Position numbers and translations under genes: made by a program. A stretch of 61,382 nucleotides of DNA, filler included, from Basidioascus undulatus (Eukaryota): assembly GCA_000826855.1 (NCBI GenBank). It is 4 parts of 4 records of this genome, joined end to end, with 100 filler letters (N's around TTAATTAATTAA, not from the genome) between each part and the next. Parts side by side here need not be neighbours in the genome. Positions count along the whole stretch, not along the records: positions 1 to 15,297 come from JTLS01000650.1; 3 more parts are not named here. One strand, given 5' to 3'. This document shows, piece by piece, positions 1 through 11,501 of the stretch (its first letter is position 1; the number at the start of each line of letters is the position of its first letter). The notes beneath the pieces were generated by a model that ran no database searches, had not been told where the DNA came from, and saw nothing but the letters and a program-made list of their open reading frames with translations.

Positions 1-474
1 AACAACGGCACGATGAACCACACCGGAGTCTGAGCCTCAACGATCGCAGTGAAGTTGAACGAGCCAGTCAGAGCCAGTACAACCAGCAGGGTCGCACTCA
101 ACAGCAGTCTGTAGCTGATCATCTGAGCCGTTGACCGCAGACTTCCCAGGAGCGCGTACTTGCTGTTGGCATGACCAGCCGGCGAACAGTGTACCGTAAG
201 TGCCCAGCGAACCGATGGCTAGCGTGTACAGCACATCGAGCGAGTAGTCGCTGATAGCCAGTCCATTGCCGAACGGAATCACAGCCCAGCCAAGCGGACT
301 GACAAGAGCGTGTGATCTCGGGCGCCAAATAAAATAGAGTCTTGTCGGCGTGGGCTGGCACGACATTTTCTTTGACAACTAGCTTCAGGGCATCGGCGAA
401 CGGCTGCATCATGCCGTAGGACCCGACCTTGTTGGGACGACTCGCAGTTGCATCGCGGCTAGCACTTTCCGTTA
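1..474 (-). pseudogene. nad1: Mitochondrial-type NADH dehydrogenase subunit 1 fragment (NUMT-like), disrupted; runs off the contig start
   Basis: Joined frames read [34 protein letters not shown]...[61 protein letters not shown]...FNFTAIVEAQTPVWFIVPL, which are ND1 hallmark motifs. TAA replaces the E of ERK and there are at least 3 frameshifts. Confidence 0.93.
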
Positions 475-708
475 ATGGGTGCACGACTACATTAAATACT
501 TTGGTTGAGATGCCGTGTGTTTCCCTGCGCTGTCGTTCGACGCACCGGAACCTTGAACTGACCTGAGCCGTTTTCAGGGACGAGTGACTCTGTAAGCTTG
601 CGCACACTTGCCGACCCTGACAAAACACTTGGCTGACGAGGATTACTAATCAAGCGGGCATGGCCGAGTAGTGCGCGACAGAGTGCGCTAGGCCAGAATC
701 GGCCTCTG

Positions 709-1161
709 GTGCCACACACGCACGGCGTCCTCGGTCCAACTGGACAGCCTGATCCTGCGCAGTCGTCCGGAAGCGCAGCGAATGCCTACCTCGCGGAGCT
801 TGAGCAGTTCTTTCCGAAGCACGATATCCTCTACATTAGCAGCGAAGACTTCGCCTCCCATGCGGCTCGCTCTTTTCATCATGGCACACTTCGATGCCTC
901 AAGCCGGACGGCTGTGTGACCTATCGCCGGAGCAGCCGCCGCGCCGTCAAGGCATTCTTGACGTCCGTTGAGCCGGGCCGCCTCCCGGAGCTCCGAGATG
1001 TAGTCCTCGATGATGAGATGTTCAGAGAGGATAGTGAGATGGACGAGGAGGAGGTGCAATGGCTGGAGCGGTTGGATGTCATTCTGGCCATGAAGGGCGT
1101 TGCCTTGCTGGATCGCCTTGGCGGTCTGTTTGAGGACATACGGTGGGGATACGAATGGTAA
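709..1161 (+). pseudogene. C-terminal fragment of an F-box/LRR-type hypothetical protein
   Basis: 150-codon ORF with coding-like composition, starting at GTG with no ATG-bearing 5' part. Its tail (LPELRDVVL...LERLDVILAMKGVALLD) resembles the tail of the F-box relic at 18-19.3 kb. Confidence 0.4.
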
Positions 1162-1854
1162 TGAAGGGGGAGGAGTAAATTCCAGGGTAAAATTTTGAAG
1201 TCAAAGCTGCTTTTACCTGTTGTAGGTGGAATGTGGCACAGCGATTGCATAACTGGACCGTTACTCTGAGGCTGCCGAACGGCTGGCTTGTTGACGGTAC
1301 TTCCTGTTGACTCCGTATGATCGGGTTCGCCGCATATCAAAGACCCCATTTCAATCGGTATCAAATTGTTCGGGTTCTCCGAAGCGTTGACTCTTCACTT
1401 TGCCTTGCCGAAATCGGTCGTTTAGGACATGTTGTGTGCGTAGCCTTTGCAGTTAGCCCGAGATCGTGCCAAAAATCCCTTCCGTAGATGTTTTTCCCCT
1501 TTCGTACAGAACACCTTGTGTATAAATGTTACGCGTACTACAAGCTCGAAGTCACGGCGCAATGCATTGTGTGCAAGCACACCATCTCTGCCTGTGCGAC
1601 TGGGTGGGGATTACACTCTGAAAGATGCCTGTGTAGTTATAGTTATGAATTTTCCTCCATACTCATCTTGACCCGCTGTAGCTTTTCGAAGAGAAGAACT
1701 GGATGTCCATCGTGATGAGCTCGGTGAAATGACACTTTCGCAACGTTCCACAAATTCCCACGCTGAGCGCCTTCTTGTGACCTCGAACTGGCGTCATCAA
1801 GGAATGGGCAACTCCTCGTGAAGACGGAGGGCTTGTCCTCTTCAACTCCTACCG

Positions 1855-3366
1855 ATGCTATTCACCCGATCCGCTCTGCGCACACTCACATCAGTTTCCA
1901 GAGCAGCAGCCACGCCTATCGCACTCCTTTCACCCCAATCCACCCCGACACGCACGATGAGCAACAACACGCACACGCACCAGAAGATGCTCGAGCGTGT
2001 CAAGCTCCTCATTCCCCCGCTTTCCGGGAAGCTGCACAAGGGCCAAGCAGGTATGATTTGCCTTGGTTTTATATAGCTTGATGATGCTGAAGGTGGATCT
2101 GCGTGGCAGGCCGTCTTGGTGTTGTTGGAGGATCGGCGGATTACACTGGTGCACCGTTCTTCTCTGCGATGGGCGCGATGCGGATAGTGAGTCCATACCG
2201 CACACATAGACTAAAGAGATTCTGGCCCTGATGGCGAAGTGGGCAGGGTGTCGACCTTGCACACATCATCTGCGAGCCCACAGCCGGAAGCGTGATCAAG
2301 ACCTACTCTCCAGGTATGTCTTCGAGACTCTCGCGTTCTCAAGGCTCACTCTGACGGTTTTCCTTCCAGACCTCATCGTCCACCGCATCCTCGACTTCAA
2401 AACGTCCGTCAGCCCTACTCCAACTGCATTCCTCGGACACTTGCTCACTCGCTCGCCCGTTCCACAGTCCTAAGGCGGATATCGAGAAGACCTTCGCCGG
2501 TCTAATCGAGCGTCTACACGTGCTTGTCGTCGGCCCGGGTCTCGGTCGGGACGACCACATGCAGTCGTGCGCAGAGCTCGCGATCCGGCTCGCCCGCGAG
2601 AAGGACCTCGGGCTCGTCATCGACGCCGACGGGCTGTGGTATGTCCAGAACCACCCGGACGCGATCAAGGGCTACAAGCTGGCCATCTTGACCCCGAACG
2701 TCATGGAAATGAAGCGACTAGCGGAGAAGCTGGTATGTCTACCCCTCCGCCGCCACGAGGACTTGGCTGATATGCTCATTCCCCGGACGGATAGAACCTC
2801 AGCACGGACGAGGACCCTAAGACCCTCGCCTCGCGCCTGTCGAAAGCTCTTGGAGGCGTGACGGTTCTTCAGAAGGGGCCGGAGGACATCATCTCCAATG
2901 GCAAGGAGACGTTGACCGTGGACGTGAAGGGCGGCTTGAAGCGCTGCGGCGGTCAAGGAGACATCCTCTCCGGCGCAGCGGGCACGCTTCTCGCGTGGGG
3001 GCGGACGTACGAGGAGGGTGTGGGCGCGTGAGTCGTTTGTTCTCTCTCTGCTTGGACACACGCTCATCAGTGTACGCTGCTTGAACAGGGACGACAAGGG
3101 CTCGAAGGAGGACAAAAGCATCGCTCTGGAGGACATCTCGCTGCTCGCCGCGTACGGCGCCAGCACGTTCAATCGGACGTGCAGTCGTGTCACGTTCGAG
3201 CAGCAGGGCCGCTCGATGGTCACGGACGACATGCTCCCCAACATCAAGGTCGCGTATGCTGAGGTGTTTGGTGACCCGGTGCGTTCGCCGCCGGCTTTCG
3301 GATATCTGAACTACAGGCGCTAACGATACCCCCTCGACGTTGCAGCTGAAGGATGCGAAGCTCTAA
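1855..3366 (+). CDS. NNR2: ATP-dependent NAD(P)H-hydrate dehydratase (YjeF-C/NAXD/CARKD), multi-exon
   Basis: Motifs [62 protein letters not shown] across GT-AG introns. In-frame ATGs at 1855 and 1957. Last exon 3346-3366 encodes LKDAKL*. Confidence 0.95.
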
Positions 3367-3724
3367 GCAGGGGGTAGATGTGTATGGACTTTGAATGCGT
3401 AACAAATTGACATTGAATGAAAGCGAGATAGACCTTGTATTCGTACAGGCATCGCGTTAGATGATGAACCTGCAAGCCTTGCCAGCCGTTGGCCACCAAG
3501 TGCATGATACTTTATCTTCGCATCTCACGGTCGAATTCCGCCTCCCTCACTTTACCTCAGTTGAAATGCAGATCAACAAATTGAGCTCGTATATAACGAC
3601 TGCATGTCCCTGCCTATTGCTGCAGGCCTAATGCGCAGCGCCGAGAGTCTCTCCATTAATCCATGATACACTTTCCGCCCGGTAGCGATGCTAGATTAAT
3701 AAGTATACGCCCAAGATACCCCGC

Positions 3725-4181
3725 TCATTCCACCTCCATGTCCGGCTCGAGGCCTGCAGCCGTGCTCGGAACGTCCACAGACACATCGAAGTCCAACTCC
3801 GGATTCCAGCTCGCCAGCCGGACGGCGCCGTTCAGAGCTGCCATCGCACGCCTCTCAGCTTCAAGGAACAACCATCGACCTGCTGAGAGAGAGAGACTCA
3901 CGAGTGTTGCGCTTCGGCCCCTTCCTCTTCTTCTTCCCCTTCCGCTTCTTTAAAGCCCGCCGCAGGACGACGCGCACTGCCGCGCGCGCAGAGCGCTGCG
4001 AGAGCTTCGAGGCGAGGCGGAACTGCTCGCTGAGGTGCGGGAGGGCCGCGTCGATCTCGGAGGAAGTAAGGAGTCCGTTGGTGGAGTTTGGCGGGTAGAT
4101 GAGGCGTCGGAAGGGAGGGAGGATGAATGCGGTTGCGTGGAGGGTGGCGCCCAACGCGAAGAGAGCAATATCGCCGAGCAT
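3725..4181 (-). CDS. Small hypothetical protein (hydrophobic N-terminus, basic KKRKGKKKRK stretch), 2 exons
   Basis: MLGDIALFALGATLH...KRNT, then a GTGAGT..AG intron, continuing PERRAMAALNGAVRLASWNPELDF...MEVE*. Confidence 0.5.
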
Positions 4182-4722
4182 CGCTGCGAAGGGAGAGGGG
4201 GAGATTTCGAGGAGGAGGAGGGATGGGTGGGAGAGGAGCATTGGTCTCCTTAAGTGGTCGGGAGGAGAGATGTTGTTTATGAGGCTGGCTGGCCAGCCAG
4301 GCGCTTAGGGGGTCGGAATGCAGTCTGAGACTTCCGGACATGCCACACGTTGAGTGCATAATGGACCAAGTAGGGTGTGCCAAGCTTCCCTATGGAGTGC
4401 CTTCATTTTCAATTGAACTTGAAGTTTTTAGGAGGCTCAGGTAAGAAACAAGCTGGTCGGTGCGCAGTGAGCGGCAACTTGCGAACCCCTAGATGCCGCC
4501 CGACTGCTCTCTGAGCACTGTGTAGGCCAAGAAATCCTACACGTTCATATTTGGGAGTTAATCTTGGATAATCTTGAGGGGGTGATCTGATGCCTCGTGC
4601 ACTTGAGAACCGAAATGGAGCCAGGCACTGCTGCCGTTGGCAACCCCTCGTCCAATGACCAGAATGCCCGGGCTGCCATTTCCGTGTCTAATAAACGCAC
4701 ATCGACCCGCTGCATACCATGC

Positions 4723-4731
4723 TATATAAAA
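4723..4731 (+). promoter_or_regulatory. TATA box of the GH43 gene
   Basis: TATATAAAA about 85 nt upstream of ATG 4812, followed by a pyrimidine-rich leader. Confidence 0.55.
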
Positions 4732-4811
4732 GGAGGCCTGTTCAACTCACTTCCCCATAGCTTTCCTCCCCTCTTTCCTACTCCGAACTACGATCACGAC
4801 CGTCAACGAGA

Positions 4812-6355
4812 ATGCTGTCTTCAGTTGTTTCTCTCCTTCCCCCCTTAACACTGGCCCTCACGTTTCCCGCACCCGCTGGTGGTGACGGGCGGTACTTGGA
4901 CTCATAATCCTGCTGTTGCCGTATTGGACGGGAAGTACTACCTGTTCTCCACGGGCGGCGGCGTCCCCATTCGCACTGCGACGTGCTTGAGCGGGCCATG
5001 GACCAACATCTGTGAGGCGTTGCCGGGGGGTTCGAGAGTCGACCATGGCAAGCCTGAAAAGTTCTATCTTGTTTCTGGGCACAGATCATTGTAGGGACTA
5101 ACAGCCGGTTTGTACAGCCAATGCCGCCGACATTTGGGCGAGCGGGTGGCGTCGTTGCGAACTTCCCGGCCACGATCTGACATATTCGTTTCTTGAACTT
5201 CCAGGCATCGGAATGTCGTATATTGGCCCGTAAACAAGCAGTTATACATGTACTGTACGTGGCAAAGCACCTTTTCATTCGGTTGCCACCGAGTTGCGTT
5301 GGCAGACACCGTATCCTCCTTCGGTAGTCAAAACTCTGTCCTCGGGGTTGCCAAGTCTTCCAGGCTCGCACCCGGCACATGGTCAGGTACGAAGTTTTTT
5401 ACATTTATTTCACTCTTCATAGTTTCTTCAACCACCCCACTCTGTTGGCAGACCACGGCAAGATCTTTTCGTCAGGGCGGGCGACGTCTACAACGCGATT
5501 GACGGTAATCTCGTGGTTGACTCGGCCGGGCATGGATATCTAACCTTCGGCAGCGTCTGGGGTGATTTATTCCAGCTTCCCCTAGCTTCCGATGGCTTGA
5601 GCGTCGAGCGGAACAGCCCGTACGAGCTCAGCTTCAACTCGACGGGGACCCAAGCCCAGGAGGCCGGGTTCGTGTCGGAAGGGGAACTACTATGTGCGTC
5701 ATTAACCTCTAGCATAGGTATAGGAATGTATAAAACTGATCATGAGGGACATGCACTGGATAGTATCTCTTCTTGTCGGGCGGGTCTTGCTGCAGCCTCG
5801 ACGTCAACACGCCCCCAGCTGGGAATGAGTACCACGTAGGCGCTGTCGGGTCCATCAATACTGGAGGAAGACCCTATTTTCACTGTCCTTTCTCAAACAT
5901 AGACTATCGCTGGACGCTCCTCCTCCACGACTCGGTCCGTTTGTCGACAGCAAGGGCGTCGGCCTCAAGGACAACGGGGGCGACATTATCCTGACCAGCC
6001 GTGCGTTATCACAGGACGACTTCGAAACTCTCTTCGGATTCTGACACATAGTGTATAGACGGTCCTTTTACGCTCCTGGCGGCGGCTCGGTCTTCTATGA
6101 CCCAGCCTCCGGCAAAGACGTGTGTTCTTTTTCCATCGTGAGGCCGAAAGCTCGCTCGCTGACACTCCCAACCTTGCAGATCTACGGCTATCACTGTACG
6201 TCTCTCTTTTGCCGAAGTGGTAATTAATATCTGACAACTAGTTCTCTATACTTATTGTAGACAAATCGCCCAGCACCACAACCGATGCGTCGGCGAAAAT
6301 CGTTCTCAACGCGATCGACTTCAGCTCTGGCTGGCCTGTACTGAAAGCCATTTGA
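4812..6355 (+). pseudogene. Secreted GH43 endo-1,5-alpha-L-arabinanase, frameshifted
   Basis: Signal peptide, then THNP (family HDP), YYLFSTG, VSSFGSQNSVLGVA, YNAIDGNL, YLTFGSVW, QEAGF and a terminal IDFSSGWPV. Frameshifts near 4875 and near 5476. Confidence 0.85.
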
Positions 6356-8070
6356 ATCTGCCCGGAGAAAACTATGCTACATGTTTAAGCCAGAATAATC
6401 CCTTTCAATATGGGCCATTTCCGCACCCTTAGGCTTCCATAGGATTTCGTATGCTTTCCTCTCATGTATGGGCATTAAGGGGGTGGCGGATTGTGTGTCG
6501 CGTGAAGTGGGAGAAGATGCAGCTGCCACTCGATCAGTATGTTTGTGAGACACAACAAGTATAGGCATATGCATTCATTTGCCTCCCAAGCTAAAAATAG
6601 CTTGGTGGGTGCTTTGTTGACTCTGGACCTCGTTCTCCAGAAAGCGGGCGACAACTGTGCTCGCGCGTCAACAGCATACGAAGAGCGAGACGGCAACGTC
6701 TCTAATACAGATACAAAGGAGGAAGAACACAATATGGGTTGATGATTCAAAGAGCGTGAGCCGTGAAGGCGTCCATTGAATGCCCTTACCTAGATTGCCC
6801 AGAGTGGCGCCTCTGTAGGCGTCTTCATTCCGAGAAGGTCGCCAGATGTATGGCCGACAAGAAAGGCTTCCATTGAAAGTTGGATAGATATCCAGTCTTC
6901 TCCCGGCCCAGCCCCTGGCAGATTACACTGCCGCCCATAAAAAAATGCAACTGAGTAAGTAGCTCACTCACCCTAACAGTCCGATAGGGCGTGTACATGA
7001 CGGAATGCTTCTGTTTCCTGGGTATGCACACTTATTAGTGTAAGTGCGTTTGAATCTTTACGGCCTGCTATGAGTGGGTTGCTGGTCAGCCAGCTACATT
7101 AACGAATAGCTCGGACTATCAGCTTGCCGCCCTCTACTCTTTATCGAGCCATAAGTCTTCCTTCCCTTATTCTCTACTTACGAAAATATCTTCAGCTCGA
7201 TCCGACTGGGCTCCAGAAACGACAATCACTCGCACTTGGTACGTAGATTTGCGTGCAGGGGCGAAGATCGAAGATCGCCCTCAACGGAGGGGACCTGAAC
7301 ACTATGTGCACCGGCCATGCACGTTTCCTGCATGGTTCAGTTGAACGCGCCCAGTTTGTAAGTGGTGCTGTAGATTTGTGTAGGCCACCTGTGGGTTGTA
7401 CTGGGGAGGCTCAGGTTCGCCAACTTTCGCCGCATGCCGCTGCAGGCCAGGAAGGTTCTGACTTGCATGCGCAAGCGACAGCCGGAGATCGCGTCCGCAC
7501 TCCGTTGAACTTGGTGAGTGTATCGAGCGGATGGCAGCAAACCTTATCGCACCAAGCAATGGAGAAGATGCTCTGGGAGCTCATGGCAGCTGGCGCAACA
7601 TGCCAAGGTCGGATCTTCGGAGGGCGGCTATCAGTGTCCTCGCTCGGTGAGTGAGGGGCGTTCCTGAATCCCTAAATGAAAAACTGCTACCCGTCAACAG
7701 TCACTTATGCTTCGCCTCTCGACGATTTCGCCCATGGTCAGAGGTTGGGCTGTTAAGGGTTTTTCAGAAAGTTGTTGACAAACAGTTGAAGGTCAACGGA
7801 ACAGCAGCACAAAAGACGGACCGAGACAACTGGAAGCAATAGTAAAGTAAGTATTGAGGCGGGCCGCATTTTAATTAATTTCCTAGTGGAAACTGGCGTC
7901 GGGCGGGCCGGGGCACCTCAGCCGGCCTTGCGCCAGCCTGGCGAAGGCCTTCGCACTAGTTTCGCGCTCTTTCTGCACTATCTTTCCTTCTTCTCCACCC
8001 GTTTCATCCTCCCCCCTCCCTCCTTTTCTGCCCCCTCTCCTGTCCCTGTCTTCCATCGACAACGCCCGCG

Positions 8071-10809
8071 ATGGTCGGCAAATTCGCTGCCAGGATCGAC
8101 GACTTCAACGACCGCGTGGCAGACTCCTTCGTCGGCCGCTTCTTCAGGCTCGATGGGTCTGGTGCGCGCTGGACCTCGTCTGCGCGTCACGATCAGTCGC
8201 TGATCGTAGCGGTTTAATGGGCTTACAGGCCACAAGCGGGCGCGTCCGGGTGCCAAGTTCACGACCGAGATTCGTGCAGGCATCACTACTTTCGGTGTGT
8301 AGTCGGTCTGATTGGCGTGGGAGGAAGGCGGAGCGGAAGGCTGATGGGCGTCCTTATCAGTCGCCATGGCCTACATCATCTCGGTGCGCTTTACACCTAT
8401 TTACTACATCAACCATGCGCTCATTATCCCCCTTTTATAGGTCAATTCGCTGATCTTGAAGGACTCTGGGGGGCCTTGCGTGTGCAATCCTGCCGATCCC
8501 ACGGACACCACCTGCAGCAGGGAGTGCGTGCCTCGCCCTCCCGTTCTTTCTTACCCTGCCCCTCGTCCCTGACTCTCATCGTTCACCTCTTCAGTGAGGC
8601 GTACGCTCTCTGCCAGGCCGAGTTCCAGCGCGACCTCATTGTGCGTGTTCGAGGTGGTGGTCACGGGCGCCGTTGAGGAGCTCACGCTTGGCGCGCTCTT
8701 AGACTGCCACTAGCGCCATCGCGTGCATCGGTTCGCTTCTCATGGGCTTCATGGCTAACCTGCCTGTCGCCGTCGCCCCTGGTCTTGGCCTGAACGGTGC
8801 GTATTCATTTTCTATCAAGGCCGCCGCATTTGGTGCTTATGTCCTGTGTGACCAGCGTACTTCTCGTACTCTGTGGTCGGCATCCGCGGCACGGGCAAGG
8901 TTTCCTATGAGGACGCCCTCGGCGCCGTTTGTGAGCGCTCACATCACAAATGTAACGTCTTCGCTTATACTGACGTTCCTCTGCAGTCCTCGAGGGTATC
9001 ATCTTCATCGCCCTCGCCCTCTTCGGTGTCCGTGCCTGGCTGGCGCGCCTCATCCCGCGCTCTGTCGCTCTTGCGGCTGGCGCGGGTATCGGCTTGTACA
9101 TTTCGCTCATCGGTCTGTCCAGCAACGGACTGAGCGTCATTGGCGGTGATTACGATAACCTCGTGCGTGCTCCGCGATATCTCGTTAGTTGTGAACATGG
9201 CTTACCTTGTGTTGGGTGCAGCTTGGCCTCGGCGGCTGCAGGAGCGAAGATCAGGACCCCGAGCACAAGAACTACTGCAGAACCGACATGCTCATGCGCA
9301 GCCCGACGATGTGGCTCGGTATCTTCCTCGGCGGCATCGTGACTGTTTACTTGATGCTCTACCGTGTCAGTCGATTTCGCTCATCCTTTCCCGGATGATT
9401 CCCTAACGGAGCGACTTCATACGTCCAGGTCAAGGGCTCCATGCTCATTGGTATCCTCCTGGTCTCCATCGTCTCATGGCCGCGTAAGAGCGACGTCACC
9501 TACTTCCCGGACACGGCTGTCGGCAGTACGTCTCACTCATCTCACGCACACCGCCCCGGCAGCGCACTGACGCGTTTTATCCAGACTCCAACTTCGACTT
9601 CTTCAAGAAGGTCGTCACGTTCCGCAAGCTCAAGATGACGGGTGCGGTGCTCAACTTCAACTACCGGAGCGGGCACATCTGGCTCGCGCTCATCTCCTTC
9701 CTCTACGTTGACGTGCGTCCTATCTTGTTGCGTTCCTCGGACAGGAGCTGACTATATGTCGTCTGCACCAAAGTTGCTTGACGCGACGGGCACGCTCTAC
9801 TCCATGGCCCGCTTTGCTGGTGTCATGAACGAGCGCACGCTTGACTTCGAGCACTCTACCTGGGCTTGTTCGTCCCTCAGTCATCCCATGGTAGCTGGCG
9901 AGCCTTGCTGACAGCGATTGCGAATAGACACCGCCGATGCCGCGTCCATCTCAATCGGTTCGCTGATGGGCAGCTCTCCGGCTACCGCTTTCATCGAGAG
10001 CGCTGCTGGTATCGCCGAGGGTGGCAAAACCGGCATCACCGCCATCACCTCTGGCTTCTGCTTCTTCATCTCCATCTTCTTCTCCCCTATCTTGTTAGTT
10101 GGTTCTCCTTCGTTCCCGAGAGGTTCAGGCTGGTGTGACTGACACTTCTTCGTCTCCAGCGCCTCGTTTCCGTCTTGGGCCACCGGTGGTACCCTCGTCA
10201 TCGTCGGCTCGTTGATGGCGAAGAACATCGTGGACATCAACTGGAGCTACGTCGGTGATGCGATTCCGGCGTTCCTGACGCTCATCATGATGCCCTGTAC
10301 GTGGCGCTTTTCTCGGGACACTACAACGACCGCGCTGACGGCGTGATTTGCAGTCGGTTACAACATCGCCTACGGCCTGATCGCCGGTCTGTTGTCGTAC
10401 CTCTGCCTCAACCTTCTTCCATGGGGTCTTCGGTGGGTGTCCGGTGGCAGGATCTCCCCTCCCGATTGGGACAAGAAGGTCAGTTTTCCACAGCAATTCC
10501 ATCTCAGAAACCCTTGCTGATCCCCTCGCGCTCCAGGACCCGTACTGGGAGTCTCAGCGCGCGTACCTCGTCCCGGGCTGGCTTCGTCGTCTCATCAAGG
10601 GCGACAAAAAGTTCTGGAGGGGCGACGACTACGACGAGGAGTTCGATGACTACCCGATGGAGGACGGCGAGTCAGTCAACCAGATGCACCGCACGCGCAC
10701 GTCTGGCACGACCGGCACCGGGTCGCTCGATGCGGACGAGAAGCCCGAGACGCCGAGCGCGCTTGCCAGCCCGGCCGCGTACCCTTCCCCCTCCGGCGAG
10801 CGATCATAA
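8071..10809 (+). CDS. azgA: AzgA-family purine (adenine/guanine/hypoxanthine) permease, many introns
   Basis: FVGRFFRLDGSG, KFTTEIRAGITTF, AMAYIISVN, MGFMANLPVAVAPGLGLN, LLDATGTLYSMA, GSSPATAFIESAAGIAEGGKTGIT, DAIPAFLT, YNIAYGLIAG. Confidence 0.95.
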
Positions 10810-11501
10810 CCGCACGAGTTCCTGGTGGACCTTTGCGGCGGACTCGTTCAGGTCGTGCATGCCATTCCCCTCCTTTTCCCCCTCTCATTTGCTCAATCAT
10901 TCCTATCGTTTAGAAGGGCGTCTGTTGTTTTCATTGCATCGTACCGTATCATATCTTCGCTGGGCTCCCGTTATCAAAATCCCTCTGTTCTCCTCTGGTC
11001 GTTTGCAGCTACCTCTTCCGATACACCTGTATCATTTTAAACATTTCGCCCGTCCACTCCTTTATAATGATATTATCGACAACAATTGTTGTGCAATACG
11101 CTGTCGAGGTTGCATGGAATCGGGTTTGCCTCGCAGCCAGGCAGGGCCGGCGGAGGTCACCATCCTCAGTCGCCGTGACCATGTTACAGAGACCGCGTCG
11201 CGCTGATCTATCCTTTTCCGGGGAGATACGGTATGCGAGGGTGCAACCCACTTCGAACTCTGAAGTGGCTTGGAAGCTCAACTGCTAGCAAGCGGACTAG
11301 TTGCAAATGTCAAAAGGAGCGCGTCGCTCGTCTCAGCGGCGGACTTGCGCGTGCGGCCGGCATCTGAGGCTTCCCTCCCCGCCCTCATCCTCCTGGCTCA
11401 TAACTTTCTCGTCCGGCGCTTCCTCGTTTGCTCTGCACCATTCTTTCGGGCCATCCAGGAGCCGATCAGTGTATATTTCTCAATTCTAACATTCCTTCCC
11501 C

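Noticed and set aside
6356..7860. Intergenic ORFs and small inverted repeats
   Set aside because: Short, within chance expectation, and no family recognised.
7871..7880. TTAATTAATT resembling the linker
   Set aside because: No flanking Ns; a natural AT-rich element upstream of azgA.
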